From IMG/VR virus record IMGVR_UViG_3300045988_139348, positions 1 through 34,258 of that record: a DNA stretch of 34,258 bases; one strand, given 5' to 3'. Made by a program: the position numbers and the translations under genes. Positions 33,904-34,258 of this stretch are shown here, in pieces. Position 1 is the stretch's first letter; every line of letters begins with the position of its first letter. Source of the stretch: a virus. The notes beneath the pieces are model-generated. The model made no database searches. It was not told where the DNA came from and saw nothing but the letters and a program-made list of their open reading frames with translations.

Positions 33904-34258
33904 ATGAACTATATACAATTAATAAACCTTTTTTGGCAAACACGACGTGAAGTGCGAATAACCAGTGTGGAGGCCGACCTCTACTTCTTCCTTTTGCAAG
34001 AAAGCAATAATCGGAACTGGGAGAATCCCTTTGAGTGTCCCAACGGGTTAATCTGCGTCACTATCGGCGTCACAGAAAAGACTATGATTGAAGCACGCAA
34101 CAGATTACAGCAAAAAGGTCTAATAAAATTTGATCCCGGTAAACGTAAAACGAAGTCACCTGTTTACACAATTTTAAACTGTAATATTTACAGTAAAAAG
34201 GTAAGTAAAAAGGTAAGTAAAAAGGTAAGTAAAAAGGTAAGTAAAAAGGTAAGTAAAA
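33904..34258 (+). CDS. Replication initiator / DnaD-like protein, 5' part (winged-helix N-domain); the ORF runs off the window end and resumes at base 1-3
   Basis: MNYIQLINLFWQTRREVRITSVEADLYFFLLQESNNRNWENPFECPNGLICVTIGVTEKTMIEARNRLQQKGLIKFDPGKRK... has no stop before the window end. It ends in the (KKVS)n repeat. Confidence 0.7.
   Translation, partial: MNYIQLINLFWQTRREVRITSVEADLYFFLLQESNNRNWENPFECPNGLICVTIGVTEKTMIEARNRLQQKGLIKFDPGKRKTKSPVYTILNCNIYSKKVSKKVSKKVSKKVSKKVSK
34192..34258 (+). repeat. 12-nt tandem repeat GTAAGTAAAAAG (about 5.5 copies), identical to 1-55
   Basis: The longest exact suffix/prefix overlap between the window end and window start is 45 nt. Overlaps of 9, 21 and 33 nt also match because of the 12-nt period. 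Confidence 0.95.

Noticed and set aside
1-34258. Lysogeny module (integrase, CI/Cro-like repressor, att site) or transposase (Mu-like)
   Set aside because: No ORF showed tyrosine- or serine-recombinase motifs, DDE motifs, or a classic HTH repressor. Lifestyle therefore cannot be assigned from this window. The Mu/P2-like similarities are limited to tail and virion-module gene order.

Overview
This 34,258-nt window looks like an essentially complete, circularly closed genome of an AT-rich, contractile-tailed dsDNA phage. I found no rRNA, tRNA, CRISPR array, integrase or recognisable repressor. Both window ends lie in the same in-frame 12-nt tandem repeat. The replication-initiator ORF that starts at 33904 runs off the end and continues from base 3 to 554, so the linear coordinates are an arbitrary cut. 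Two arms diverge from a roughly 0.9-kb non-coding control region (27792-28675) and converge near 5.6 kb. The plus-strand early arm (28676 -> end -> 1 -> 5571) carries ArdA antirestriction, several unknown genes, a 31x hexapeptide-repeat protein and RecT plus a YqaJ-type exonuclease. It continues with the DnaD-like initiator, a C5 and an N6A DNA methyltransferase, a MazG-like NTPase and a Dps-like ferritin. The minus-strand late arm (27785 -> 5672) carries TerS/TerL, portal, a morphogenesis protein, a 640-aa LamG-domain protein and a protease-scaffold-capsid fusion. It continues with sheath, tube, a tail chaperone with a predicted -1 frameshift, tape measure, hub/spike/baseplate, tail fibre, a holin/M15 endolysin/membrane-protein lysis cassette and RusA. 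Most late genes lack Shine-Dalgarno sequences and a TAnnTTTG-type box precedes the late arm, which weakly suggests a Bacteroidota host. The most unusual observation is a 246-codon, protein-like +1 reading frame superimposed on the C5-methyltransferase gene. It carries methyltransferase-type motifs (LLPTPxAxD, RLNPxFVExMMGYPxNWT) on the same nucleotides that encode frame-0 motifs. Other points of interest are the near-identical 18-nt repeat array encoding (G-N/D-A-x-V-Y)x31 beside ardA, and an ori-lambda-like repeat/AT-tract arrangement inside the initiator gene. The control region is also dense in repeats: a G-quadruplex motif, 4x GTTTTCYCA, a 14-bp palindrome and two perfect 25-nt direct repeats. 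All functional calls rest on motif recognition by eye; no database search was possible.
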